Translations under genes and position numbers: made by a program | Assembly: GCA_963758635.1 (NCBI GenBank) | Contig: CAVWWD010000006.1 | Location: 288,001-352,000 of the forward strand | Length of the DNA: 64,000 nt | Reading direction: 5' to 3' | Source: an uncultured Candidatus Rokubacteria bacterium | GTDB taxonomy: Bacteria > Methylomirabilota > Methylomirabilia > Rokubacteriales > CSP1-6 | The notes under the pieces: model-generated | Databases searched by the model: none | What the model was told of the DNA's origin: nothing | What the model saw: the letters and a program-made list of their open reading frames with translations, nothing else | Part shown: positions 32,314 through 42,256 of the stretch, one piece after another | How the letters are laid out: each line of letters starts with the position of its first letter | Numbering within the stretch: position 1 is the first letter of the stretch

Positions 32314-32553
32314 ATGATTGACGATGGAGGGCTAGCTGCGCTGACGTCCCAGCCGCTGGTCTGGCAGGACCTTTCGGAGTTTGACAAGCAGAAGGACCTC
32401 TTCTTTGCGTATCAGACGCACGCGCAGGGCCACGAGCTGAGGCTGACGATCAATGACTTCCCTGCCGAACCGTACTATACGCTCTTCGTCGACGGCGAAG
32501 CGGTGGCTAGCTTTGATGACTTCCCCGCTCATTGGACGAAGCCAGGTGCGTAG
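32314..32553 (+). CDS. Small acidic hypothetical protein, lower GC
   Basis: AGGAG upstream of ATG 32314. Contains [28 protein letters not shown]. Confidence 0.65.
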   Translation: MIDDGGLAALTSQPLVWQDLSEFDKQKDLFFAYQTHAQGHELRLTINDFPAEPYYTLFVDGEAVASFDDFPAHWTKPGA

Positions 32554-32635
32554 CTCATGATCCTCGCAAAATACGGTAACCGCCACGGGCCTCTACAATC
32601 CCACCGCTCGGCATTAGTCTGATGCGCGGGGCTCA

Positions 32636-33850
32636 TTAGTCGGACGCGTCCCGGAGCGCGCGGCCCAGGTTCCCGCGGCGTCCGACCTCCACACCGTCGA
32701 GGCCGAGCCATTCCGCCATCGTGGCGAGCTCCCGGGCGAGGGGCCGCGCCACGCGCGCGGCGGCCACGCCGGGCTCGACGTGCGACGGCGGGCACGCGGA
32801 GGACGCGGGCCGCGCGGTCGGCCTTCAGGTCCACGCGCGCCACGAGCCGATCGCCGAGCAGGAACGGCAGCACGTAGTAGCCGTGCGTCCGCATCGCCGC
32901 CGGCGTGTAGATCGAGATCCGGTAGTGGAACCCGAAGATGCGCTCGGTGCGCTGGCGCTCCCACACCAGCGGGTCGAACGGCGCGAGCAGGGCGCGCGCC
33001 TGCACGCGGCGCGGGCTGGGCGCCTGCGGGTGGAGGTAGGCCGCCTCGCGCCAGCCCTCGACGCGCGCGGGCACGAGGTCGCCCGCCTCGACCAGCTCGG
33101 CCAGCCGCGGCCGCGCCTCCGTGATGTTCAGGCGGAAGTAGTCGGCGAGGTCGCGCGCGGTCGCCACGCCGAGCGCGCGCGACGGCCGTGCGCAGGAGCG
33201 CGCGCTGCGCCTCGTCCTCGGCGGGCACGGGCGCGCCGAGGACGGCCGCGGGCAGGACGCGCTCGGGCAGGTCGTAGACGCGCTGGAAGCTCCGGCGGGT
33301 CGCGGTGGTCACCAGCCCGGCCCAGAAGAGCCACTCGAGCGCCTTCTTGCCCACGCTGCGGCCCCACCACGGGCCGCGCGCGCGGCCGCCCCGCGACAGC
33401 TCGGAGGCGGCGAGCGGCCCCCGCTCCGTCACCTCGGCGAGCACCTCCTCGCACGAAGGCGCGCCGCCGGCGCCCGAACCGCGCGATCTGGCCGTAGATG
33501 CCGAGCCCGCGCGCCGCGCGCTCCATGCGCCAGCGGAGCAGCGGGTACGCGCTCACGGGCAGGAGCGAGGCCTCGTGCCCCCAGTACTCGAACAGCGCGC
33601 GGTCCCGGCCCTCGTAGGCGAGCCGGTCGAGCAGCGCGGGATCGTAGGCGCCGAGCCGGGAGAAGAGCGGCAGGTAGTGCGCGCGCACGAGCACGTTCAC
33701 GGAGTCGATCTGGAGGAGCCCGAGGCGCTCGACGGCCCCGAGGATGTCGGCGGCCTCGGCCCGCGCCGGCGGGCGCGCGTCGCCGAACCCCTGCGAGGCC
33801 AGCGCGATGCGCCGCGCCTCCGCGGCGGACAGCGTCTCGACGGAGGTCAG
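32636..33850 (-). CDS. YcaQ/AlkZ-like (HTH_42) crosslink-repair DNA glycosylase, split by indels; start uncertain
   Basis: [26 protein letters not shown] (QXD motif), [20 protein letters not shown] and GYYVLPFL. Confidence 0.85.
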
Positions 33851-33909
33851 CTCAGGCCCGCGGGCGCCGCATCAGCGTTCCCGGCCGCATCGGCGTTGCG
33901 CCCGCCACG

Positions 33910-34765
33910 TCAGCGCTGCGCCTGGCGCATCAGCGCCGCGCAGCGGTCGAGCAGCGGCAGCACCTCGTCGGCCTTGGCCGGCGGCAGGTTGAAGACGATG
34001 CGGGCCGCGCCCGCGTCGCCGTAGCGCTTGATGAGGTCCAGGTCCTCGGCCACGCCGAACACGGTGATGGGCAGCGTGGCGGGGTCGCGCCCGGCCGCCG
34101 GCGCACATCGCGCGGAACTCGGGCAGCTTGCCGAGCACGTCGCCGTAGGCGGGGCGCCGGGCGTGGGGCACCCAGCCGTCGCCGTAGGCGATGGCCCGGC
34201 GCGCGCCGTACGGGAACGCGCCGCCCACGAGCACGGGCGGGTGCGGCTTCTGCACGGGCTTCGGCCACGTCATCATCGGCGGGAACTCGACGAACTTCCC
34301 GTGGTACTCGGGCTTGGACTTCGTCCAGATGAGGCGCATCGCCTCCACGCGCTCGCGCATCACCTCGAAGCGCGACGTGAAGTCGGTGCCGTGGTCGGCC
34401 ATCTCCTCCGCGTTCCACCCCGCGCCGATGCCCAGGAGGAAGCGCCCGCCCGAGACCTGGTCGAGGCTCGCGACCTGCTTGGCCGTCTGGATGGGGTCGC
34501 GCTGGACGACCAGGCACACGCCGGTGGCCACGCGCAGGCGCGTGGTGGCGGCGGCCGCCGCGGCGAGCGTGACGAACGGGTCCATCACGTCGTAGTACTT
34601 CTTGGGCAGGTCGCCGCCCTGCGGGAACGGCGAGGTCCGGGACAGCGGGATGTGCGAGTGCTCGGGCGCCCACACGGACTCGAACCCGCGCTCCTCCAGC
34701 GCGCGGCCGAGCTCGGCCGGGCCCATCGAGTAGTCGGTGAAGAAGATCGCCGCTCCGAAGTCCAT
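33910..34765 (-). CDS. LLM-class (putatively F420-dependent) oxidoreductase; 3' indel
   Basis: MDFGAAIFFTDY, VWAPEHSHIP, DPFVTL, SGGRFLLGIGAGWNAEE and PKPVQKPHPP. Confidence 0.9.
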
Positions 34766-34875
34766 GGTCTCTCTCCTGAGCCGGTTGCGCCGGTTGCGCC
34801 GGGTGTCGCCGGCCGCGCCGACGGTCTCCGCTGAGACTCTGCTCGAGCCTGTTGCTTCGGGCAGCCCAAGGCCGC

Positions 34876-35285
34876 TCAGCAGCCAGTTTTCGGTACCTGA
34901 GTCCTGGCACGCGCGGCGGAATGCTGCGCTGTTGTTCGTCACGAACGTCAGGCCGCAACGAGAGGGCCGTGCGCCGGCCATGAGCAGTGTCGAACGTCCC
35001 GATTGGCGTGCCGCGTCGGGCCAGTGACGCCGCGACAGTAGCGAAGCGGTCCGCGGCCCTCTGATCGAAGGCAGCGACCTCCATCGGCTCGCCGAAGGTT
35101 GCGCTACGAGGCGGTGCCAGCCGGCGTGAGCGTCTCGTCTCGGCGCCGAACCGTGAGCTCGGCGAGAGTGATCGAACTGATGCAGAGTTGCGAGGGCCGG
35201 TGTTCGAGCAGTCGGGTACCGAGCACGTCCCGTGGCCACGGAGGGCAAAGCTCACCGTGTCCGTGTCGAGCATATACTCGGGCAT
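34876..35285 (-). CDS. vapC: VapC PIN-domain toxin, heavily frameshifted; 3' end approximate
   Basis: YMLDTDTVS, CISSITLAEL, GTPIGTFD, FVTNN and ENW distributed over three frames. Confidence 0.82.
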
Positions 35286-35523
35286 CAGGCGAAGGGATCG
35301 CGAAGGTCACGCAGGCGCTTCTGCTTTGGACGGGGGATTTTTCCGCGCCAAGCGCCCAGGCAGGTCCGGAATTCGTCTGACCACTCGTCGGCCGCTTCGA
35401 GGATGACACGGCGGCCTTCACGGCGCACTAGAACCTCGCCCGGCGGTGCAAATCGGCACTCCTTGGGAGGCGGACGGCTTGGCTCCCCGCGTTCTGGAAA
35501 ATCTTGGCGCGGGTTGCTTTCAT
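35285..35523 (-). CDS. vapB: VapB antitoxin (AbrB/VagC type), frameshifted
   Basis: MKATRAKIFQN..SQAVRL.PKECRF..EVLVRREGRRVILE. TGATG overlap with vapC. Confidence 0.82.
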
Positions 35524-35542
35524 GTTGAGAGTCTGAGACTCG

Positions 35543-35560
35543 CGTATATACGTGCGTCAA
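35543..35560 (-). promoter_or_regulatory. vapBC promoter with palindromic autoregulatory operator
   Basis: TTGACG -35 followed closely by the perfect palindrome CGTATATACG. Confidence 0.6.
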
Positions 35561-35693
35561 GCCTGCCGCGCTCGGTGCCCTTGTCCGCCCAACGCCGGCG
35601 CTCAGCGGCCGGAGCGAGCAGACGCGAGCACCGGCCCGCTGAAGCGGCCTGTTCAGGACGTGCGTGTAGATCTGTGCGATGCTGGCTAGCGAG

Positions 35694-37560
35694 TTAGGCT
35701 GGCCGCGCCGGCGTCTCGACGAGGGACGGGTCGCGCACGGCGCCGTGCGAGGCGCTCCGCGCCAGCGCGGCGTAGGCGCGGAGCGCGCGGGACACCTGCC
35801 GCTTGCGCTCGCGCGGCGTCCACGCCGCCGCGCCCCGCGTGAGCATGGCCGCGCGGCGGCGCGCGAGCTCGTCGTCGGCCACGGCCAGCGTGATCGTCCG
35901 CTGCGGGATGTCGATCACGATCTCGTCGCCCTCCTCGACGAGGCCGATCTCCCCGCCCTCCGCCGCCTCGGGCGAGACGTGCCCCACCGAGAGGCCGGAG
36001 GACGCGCCGGAGAAGCGGCCGTCGGTGACGAGCGCGCACGAGGTGGCGAGGCCCATCGCCTTGATGAGGCTCGTGGGCATCAGCATCTCCTGCATGCCGG
36101 GGCCGCCGCGCGGGCCCTCGTAGCGGACCACCACGACGTCGCCCGGCTTGACCGCGCCGCCCTTGATGCCGTCGGCGGCGTCGTTCTCGCTCTCGAAGAC
36201 CCGCGCGCGGCCCCGGAAGGTGAGGAGCGACGGGTCCACGCCCGCCGTCTTCACGATGCAGCCCTCGCGGGCCAGGTTGCCGCGGAGCACGGCGAGGCCG
36301 CCGTCCTGGCTGTAGGCGTGCGCCACGTCGCGGATGCACCCGGCCGCGCGGTCGAGGTCGAGCGTGTCGTAGTGCGAGTTCTGGCTGAACGCGCGCAGGC
36401 TGATCACGCGCGCGGGCGCGGCGCGGTAGAAGTCCCGCACCTCGTCGCCGGCGCGCCCGGCCACGTCCCACCGGGCCAGGGTCTCGGCGAGCGTCTCGCC
36501 GAGCACGTTCCGGACCGACGTGTCGAGGAGGCCGGCGCGGTCCAGCTCGCCCAGGATGCCCATCACGCCGCCCGCCCGGTGCACGTCCTCCATGTGGTAG
36601 CGGTTGGTGGACGGCGAGACCTTGCAGAGGTGCGGCACGCGCCGCGACAGCCGGTCGATGTCGCCGATGGTGAAGGGCACGTCGCCCTCGAAGGCCGCGG
36701 CGAGGAGATGCAGGATCGTGTTGGTCGAGCCGCCCATGGCGATGTCCATGCTACATGGCGTTCTCGAAGGCGGCGCGATTCGCGATGGCCCGCGGCAGCA
36801 CGTCCGCGGCGCCCTCGACGTAGTGCCGGCGCGTCAGATCCACGATGCGCCGGCCCGCCTCGCGGAAGAGCGCCTCGCGCCGGGCGTGGGTGGCGAGCAG
36901 GCTGCCGTTGCCGGGCAGGGCCAGGCCGAGGGCCTCGGTCAGGCAGTTCATCGAGTTGGCGGTGAACATGCCCGCGCAGGAGCCGCACGTCGGGCAGGCC
37001 GCGCGCTCCACGGCCAGCAGCTCCTCGTCGCTCGCGTCGCGGCGGCCGCCCGCCACCAGCGCGTCGACGGCGTCGATGATGGCGCCCGAGCCCGCCACCT
37101 TGCCCGCCTCCATGGGCCCGCCGGAGACGAACACCGTGGGCAGGTTGAGGCGGAGCGCGGCCATCAGCATGCCCGGCGTGATCTTGTCGCAGTTCGAGAT
37201 GCACACGAGGGCGTCGGCGCAGTGCCCGTTGACCATGTACTCGACGGCATCGGCGATCAGCTCGCGCGAGGGCAGGCTGTAGAGCATGCCCTCGTGGCCC
37301 ATGGCGATGCCGTCGTCCACCGCGATGGTGTGGAACTCCTTGGCCACCGCCCCCGCGCGCCGGATCTCCTCGGCCACGAGGTCCCCGAGCGGCTTGAGAT
37401 GCACGTGCCCGGGAACGAACTGCGTGTAGGAGTTGGCGATGGCGACGATGGGCTTGGCGAGGTCCGCCTCGGCGGTGCCGGTGGCGCGCCACAGGGCGCG
37501 CGCCGCCGCCTGGTTTCGACCCTGGGTGGTGCGGTGCGATCGGTAGCGGGGCATGGGCAT
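35694..37560 (-). CDS. ilvD: Dihydroxy-acid dehydratase; one-base insertion near 36752
   Basis: [56 protein letters not shown] and TDGRFSG. Confidence 0.96.
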
Positions 37561-37639
37561 GCGCGATCCTCCCTCGCCCGGCGCGGCCTCCCGCCGGACA
37601 GCGGGCAGGATATCACGCCGAAGCGAGGGGCCCTTCGCC

Positions 37640-37669
37640 TTGACAAACTGCGTCAGCCACGTCTAGCAT
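37640..37669 (+). promoter_or_regulatory. Sigma-70 promoter
   Basis: TTGACA, 18 bp spacer, TAGCAT, upstream of ORF 37708. Confidence 0.65.
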
Positions 37670-37707
37670 CCGGCATGCCGCCCGCCGACGTGAGCATTCG
37701 TCTGTCC

Positions 37708-38043
37708 ATGCGCACCGCTCTCCTCGTCCTCGTCGCGCTCCTCGCGCTCGCCGGCGCGCCCGGCGCCGAGGCGGTCACCGTCGTCACCCAGGTCCAGGCC
37801 ACGATGTCGTTCTCGAGCCAGGGGATCACCGGGTCTGGCCCGATCACCGGCACGGTGATGCCCACGGGCCAGATCACCGGATCCGGACAGATCACGACGA
37901 CCAACGGGCAGAACACCGGCGTCGCCAGCATCAGCCTGGTAGGCTCCGTGTCGGGCGACCACATCTCGATGAACACCACGGGGGCGCAAGTGAGCCCGCC
38001 GGGCAGTTGCACGTCCCAGGGACACATGGAGGGAGACCGGTAA
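37708..38043 (+). CDS. Small secreted Gly/Thr/Ser-rich hypothetical protein
   Basis: Signal peptide MRTALLVLVALLALAGAPGAEA. The mature part has a beta-strand pattern with ITGSGxIT twice. Confidence 0.7.
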   Translation: MRTALLVLVALLALAGAPGAEAVTVVTQVQATMSFSSQGITGSGPITGTVMPTGQITGSGQITTTNGQNTGVASISLVGSVSGDHISMNTTGAQVSPPGSCTSQGHMEGDR

Positions 38044-38088
38044 CGCCACCGCGCCCTGAATCGGGCGACGTTGGCAGGGAGGGAACCC

Positions 38089-39639
38089 ATGCTTCCATTC
38101 CGCGGACTCTCGTGGCAGTCGATCGCGCTCTCGCTGCTCGTTGTCGCCACCGGGCTCGCCGGCGCGGCGCCGGCGGCGGCCCAGCAGCCCGCCGGCCAGG
38201 CGGTGATCGCGTTCCACGTGACCATCGCGCCGAGCTGGTTCGACCCGTCGGCGGCCCCACCGCAGATCACGCCGTTCGGCGTCCTCTACGCGATCCACGA
38301 CGCGCTCGTGCGCCCCTACCCAGGCCAGAAGATGGGGCCGAGCCTGGCCGAGTCGTGGAAGGAGAGCGCGGACGGGCGCAGCTACGAGTTCAAGCTCCGG
38401 CGCGGCCTCAAGTTCCACAACGGTGACCCCCTCACCAGCGAGGACGTGAAGTTCAGCTTCGAGCGCTACAAGGGGGCGGGCGCGTCGGAGATGAAGGCGC
38501 GGGTCCGGCAGGTGGAGGCCGCCGATCCGCTGACCGTGCGCTTCCACCTGCACGAGCCGTGGCCGGACTTCATGACGTTCTACGGCACCACCGCGACGGC
38601 GGCGGGGATCGTCGTGCCGAAGAAGTACGTCGAGCAGGTGGGCCCGGACGGCTTCCTCAAGCATCCCATCGGGGCGGGGCCCTACAAGTTCGTCTCCCAT
38701 AAGCCGGGGGTCGAGGTGGTGGTGGAGGCCAACACCTCCTACTGGCGGCGCGTGCCCGCGATCAAGACCTGGGTCATGAAGAGCGTGCCGGACGGCTCCA
38801 CCCGGCTGGCCATGCTGCAGAACAACGAGGCGGACATCGGCGCGGCCTACGACGGGCAGGAAGGCATCGTGATCGCCAAGGACAGCCGGCTCCAGCTCGT
38901 CGCGTCCAAGCACGCCTCGATCTTCTGGATCGAGTTCGCCGAGCAGTGGGACCCGAAGTCGCCCTGGCACGACAAGCGGCTGCGGCAGGCCGTGAACCTG
39001 TCGCTCGACCGCAAGCGGATGAACGAGGCCGCGTGCCTCGGGCACTGCCCCCCGGCCGGCGTGATCGTCCCGCGGGTCATGGAGTTCGCGCTCCAGGTCG
39101 AGCCGCCCGCCTATGACCCGCAGAAGGCCAAGCAGCTCCTCGCCGAGGCCGGATACCCGAACGGCCTGGACGCCGGAGAGTTCGTGCCCATCCCCGGCTT
39201 CCCGACGGTGGCGGAGTCGGCGCTGACGTACATGAACGCGGCGGGGATCCGGCTCAAGATGCGTCCGATGGAGCGCGCCGCGTTCTACGCGTCCTGGCGC
39301 GAGAAGAAGGTCCGCGGCGTGTTCATGACCGCGGTGGGGAACTCCGGCAACGCGGCCAGCCGCGTCGAGCAGTTCATCCAGTCCAAGGGGGCCTACGCCT
39401 ACGGCGGCTACCCGGACATCGACGACCTCTTCCTGCAGCAGGCGCGCGAGCGCGACCCGAAGAAGCGCGAGGCGATCCTTCACAAGATCCAGCAGCTCAC
39501 CATCGACCGCGTGATGTTCGCGCCGGTCATGGACCTGCGCGCGCTCATGGGCGTCGGCGCGCGCGTGGCCAAGCACACGATCACGGACGTGTGGATGAGC
39601 CCGTGGCCGTCCTACGAGGACGTGACGCTCAAGAACTGA
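38089..39639 (+). CDS. Orphan ABC transporter substrate-binding protein, family 5
   Basis: Signal peptide, YEFKLRRGLKFHNGDPLTSEDVKFS and HPIGAGPYKF. GGGAGG ribosome-binding site. Confidence 0.93.
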   Translation: MLPFRGLSWQSIALSLLVVATGLAGAAPAAAQQPAGQAVIAFHVTIAPSWFDPSAAPPQITPFGVLYAIHDALVRPYPGQKMGPSLAESWKESADGRSYEFKLRRGLKFHNGDPLTSEDVKFSFERYKGAGASEMKARVRQVEAADPLTVRFHLHEPWPDFMTFYGTTATAAGIVVPKKYVEQVGPDGFLKHPIGAGPYKFVSHKPGVEVVVEANTSYWRRVPAIKTWVMKSVPDGSTRLAMLQNNEADIGAAYDGQEGIVIAKDSRLQLVASKHASIFWIEFAEQWDPKSPWHDKRLRQAVNLSLDRKRMNEAACLGHCPPAGVIVPRVMEFALQVEPPAYDPQKAKQLLAEAGYPNGLDAGEFVPIPGFPTVAESALTYMNAAGIRLKMRPMERAAFYASWREKKVRGVFMTAVGNSGNAASRVEQFIQSKGAYAYGGYPDIDDLFLQQARERDPKKREAILHKIQQLTIDRVMFAPVMDLRALMGVGARVAKHTITDVWMSPWPSYEDVTLKN

Positions 39640-39700
39640 GCGGGCGCGCGGGCCGCAGGGACGCGCCGGCGCGTTCGGCGGCGGGCGGCGATCCGCGCGG

Positions 39701-40159
39701 TCAGTCGGGCAGGCCGGGCAGGAAGCCGAAGCGGCGGGCGAGGGGCCGTCCCACGAGGGCGGCGCGCGCCCGGACCTTGAGGGGCTCCGGCATGGCGCCG
39801 TGCCAGGCGTAGTCGTCGGCGTCGCGCTCGCTCGTGGGCTCGTGCCAGCGCCGGCGATCGCTCTCGGCGAGCGTCCGCTGCTGCCAGAGGTGCCGCGCCT
39901 CGTGCGCCGCGACGAGCGCGGCGAGCGCGGGGCGCAGGGACGCGCGCAGCCAGATCACGGGCGGCTCGCTCGGTACCGCCGCGCCTTTGAGGCCGGAGTG
40001 GAGGCGCGCTCCGAGGGCGGAGAGCGCGGCGTCACCCTCGCCCCGATGGGCGCGCGCGCCCCTGAACCAGCGGACGGCGAGACGCGGGAGCGAGAGGTCG
40101 CGCACCACCGCGCCCAGGGCCTCGCCGACTGCGGCCCGCGTGGATCGCGGCACCGACAT
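39701..40159 (-). CDS. Hypothetical protein with HEXXH zincin motif
   Basis: VIWL..ALVAAHEARHLWQ..ERDADDYA. GGAGG ribosome-binding site upstream of ATG 40159. Confidence 0.6.
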   Translation of the reverse strand: MSVPRSTRAAVGEALGAVVRDLSLPRLAVRWFRGARAHRGEGDAALSALGARLHSGLKGAAVPSEPPVIWLRASLRPALAALVAAHEARHLWQQRTLAESDRRRWHEPTSERDADDYAWHGAMPEPLKVRARAALVGRPLARRFGFLPGLPD

Positions 40160-40197
40160 CGCCGGCACCTCCGGGCTCCGGAGGGGCGCGGCCCGAC

Positions 40198-40917
40198 TCA
40201 CCCCACCACCAGTTTCTCGTGGAGCGCGCTCAGGATCTCGTCCACCGCCGCGCACGCCCACAGGTCGAAGAACGGCGAGGCCTGGAGGGCGGCGAACTCC
40301 TTTCGCGACCGCTCGGCGGCCTGCTCCGCGCTCTCGCCGGGACGCGCCGCCTGCTGGTGGCCGCGGATCCGGTCCTTGTGGTAGATGGCCGGGTACTCGA
40401 TGTAGCGGTGCAGCTCGCGAAGATCGGCGGTGTAGAACACGGCCACGGGCAGCGAGGCCCACGCGCCGCCGTTCTTGTCGTTCAGGAACTCGAGCATCAG
40501 GTCGTGGTTGCCGTCCGGGTACGCGGCGGGATCGGGGCGCCGGGCGCCGAGGATCTTCTTGCCGTCGCGGTTGAAGATGCGCATCTCGATGCCGCCGGCC
40601 TCGGCGAGCCGGGCCAGCACCGGCACGTCGCGGCGGCAGTCGGACGACCAGTCCTCGGAGATGACCAGGAGCTTGGCGGGGCCGCCGGGCCGCGCGGCGA
40701 GCCAGTGGATGGCCGCGGTCTGCTCGTCGCTGAGCCGCGCCCGGGCGTAGCGCTCGCGCAGCAACGCGCTCTGGTCCGCGCGCGGTCCGCCCACCGATCC
40801 GGCGTCGGGCAGGTAGCGCCCGCCGAAGCCCTCGCGGGCCAGATTCTCCGGACTGCCGGCGTACGTCACGTACTCCGCGAACGTCATGCCGCGGGCGAAG
40901 CGTTCCTGGGTGATCAT
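40198..40917 (-). CDS. Thioredoxin-fold protein (Thioredoxin_9-like) with an SXXC site
   Basis: KLLVISEDWSSDCRRDVPVLARL, MRIFNRD and cis-Pro loop SLPVAVF. Confidence 0.8.
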   Translation of the reverse strand: MITQERFARGMTFAEYVTYAGSPENLAREGFGGRYLPDAGSVGGPRADQSALLRERYARARLSDEQTAAIHWLAARPGGPAKLLVISEDWSSDCRRDVPVLARLAEAGGIEMRIFNRDGKKILGARRPDPAAYPDGNHDLMLEFLNDKNGGAWASLPVAVFYTADLRELHRYIEYPAIYHKDRIRGHQQAARPGESAEQAAERSRKEFAALQASPFFDLWACAAVDEILSALHEKLVVG

Positions 40918-40984
40918 TGGATTGTCCTCGGGGCGCCTGCGCAGGGCTCCGGCGCCCGAGGTTCGGGCAGGTCAACCCGCCTGA

Positions 40985-42220
40985 TCACAGGCTCAGCCGC
41001 GTGCGGATACGCTCGACGGCGTCCTGCGTCTGCGCGCGGCCGCCGAAGCCGGTGAGGCGGAAGTAGCCCTCGCCGCTCGGGCCGAAGCCGGCGCCCGGCG
41101 TGCCCACCACGTGGGCCTGGTTCAGGAGCTTGTCGAAGAACTCCCACGACGTGACGCCCTTCGGCGTCTGGAGCCAGACGTACGGCGCGTTCCGCCCGCC
41201 GTGGACGGTGAGGCCGGCGGCGGCAAGCCCCTCGCGGATGATCCGCGCATTCTCCATGTAGAAGTCGACCGACTCGCGGACCTGGCGCTGGCCCTCCGGC
41301 GTGTACACGGCGGCCGCCGCCTTCTGGACGATGTAGGGCGCGGCGTTGTACTTGGTCGACATGCGCCGGCACCAGAGGGCGTGCAGGCTCACCTCGCTGC
41401 CGTCGGCGGCGCGGCCCTTCACTTCCTTCGGCACCACCGTGAAGGCGCAGCGCACCCCGGTGAAGCCGGCCATCTTCGAGTAGCTCCGGAACTCGATCGC
41501 CACCTCGCGCGCGCCCTGCACCTCGTAGATCGAGTGCGGGATATCGGGATCGCGGATGTACGCCTCGTAGGCGGCGTCGAACAGGATGACCGCGTTGTGC
41601 TGGTGCGCGTACTCCACCCACGCCTGGAGCTGGGCCTTCGTCACGGTGGCGCCGGTGGGATTGTTCGGGTAGCAGAGGTAGATGATGTCGACCGGCCGCG
41701 AGGGCAGCGCGGGCACGAAGCCGTTGTCCGCGGTGCACGGCAGGTACACCATGCCCTCGTAGCGGCCCTGGGCGTCGGCCGGCCCCGTGCGTCCCGCCAT
41801 CACGTTGGTGTCGGCGTACACGGGGTAGACGGGGTCGGTGAGCGCCACCACGCAGTCGGTGGCGAAGATCTCCTGGATGTTGCCGCTGTCCTGCTTGGTG
41901 CCGTCGGACACGATGATCTCGTCGGGCGCCACCTTCACCCCGCGCGCGCCGTACTCGTGCTCGACGATCTTCTCCACGAGGAAGTCGTAGCCGAAGTCCG
42001 GCCCGTAGCCCTTGAAGGTCTCGGGGCGGGACAGGTCGTCCACCGCGTCGTGCAGCGCGCGGACCACGGTGGGGGCGAGCGGCCGCGTCACGTCGCCGAT
42101 GCCGAGGCGGATGATCTGCGCCTGCGGGTTCGCGTCGGTGAAGGCGCGGATCCGCTTGGCGATGTCGTTGAAGAGGTAGCTGGCCTTCAGCTTGAGGTAG
42201 TTGTCGTTCACTCGCGCCAC
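40985..42220 (-). CDS. dapL: LL-diaminopimelate aminotransferase
   Basis: [45 protein letters not shown] and [16 protein letters not shown]. Confidence 0.96.
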   Translation of the reverse strand: MARVNDNYLKLKASYLFNDIAKRIRAFTDANPQAQIIRLGIGDVTRPLAPTVVRALHDAVDDLSRPETFKGYGPDFGYDFLVEKIVEHEYGARGVKVAPDEIIVSDGTKQDSGNIQEIFATDCVVALTDPVYPVYADTNVMAGRTGPADAQGRYEGMVYLPCTADNGFVPALPSRPVDIIYLCYPNNPTGATVTKAQLQAWVEYAHQHNAVILFDAAYEAYIRDPDIPHSIYEVQGAREVAIEFRSYSKMAGFTGVRCAFTVVPKEVKGRAADGSEVSLHALWCRRMSTKYNAAPYIVQKAAAAVYTPEGQRQVRESVDFYMENARIIREGLAAAGLTVHGGRNAPYVWLQTPKGVTSWEFFDKLLNQAHVVGTPGAGFGPSGEGYFRLTGFGGRAQTQDAVERIRTRLSL

Positions 42221-42256
42221 AGTGGACTCTCCTGTTCGCTCAGAATGTTCCCGATT

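Noticed and set aside
34779..34820. Short GCCGGTTGC tandem repeat upstream of the LLM gene
   Set aside because: Only 2-3 degenerate GC-rich copies, which is expected by chance at this composition.
36749..36753. TAG inside ilvD as pyrrolysine or stop read-through
   Set aside because: The downstream half is in a different frame. Removing one base gives [12 protein letters not shown], so a single-base insertion error explains it.
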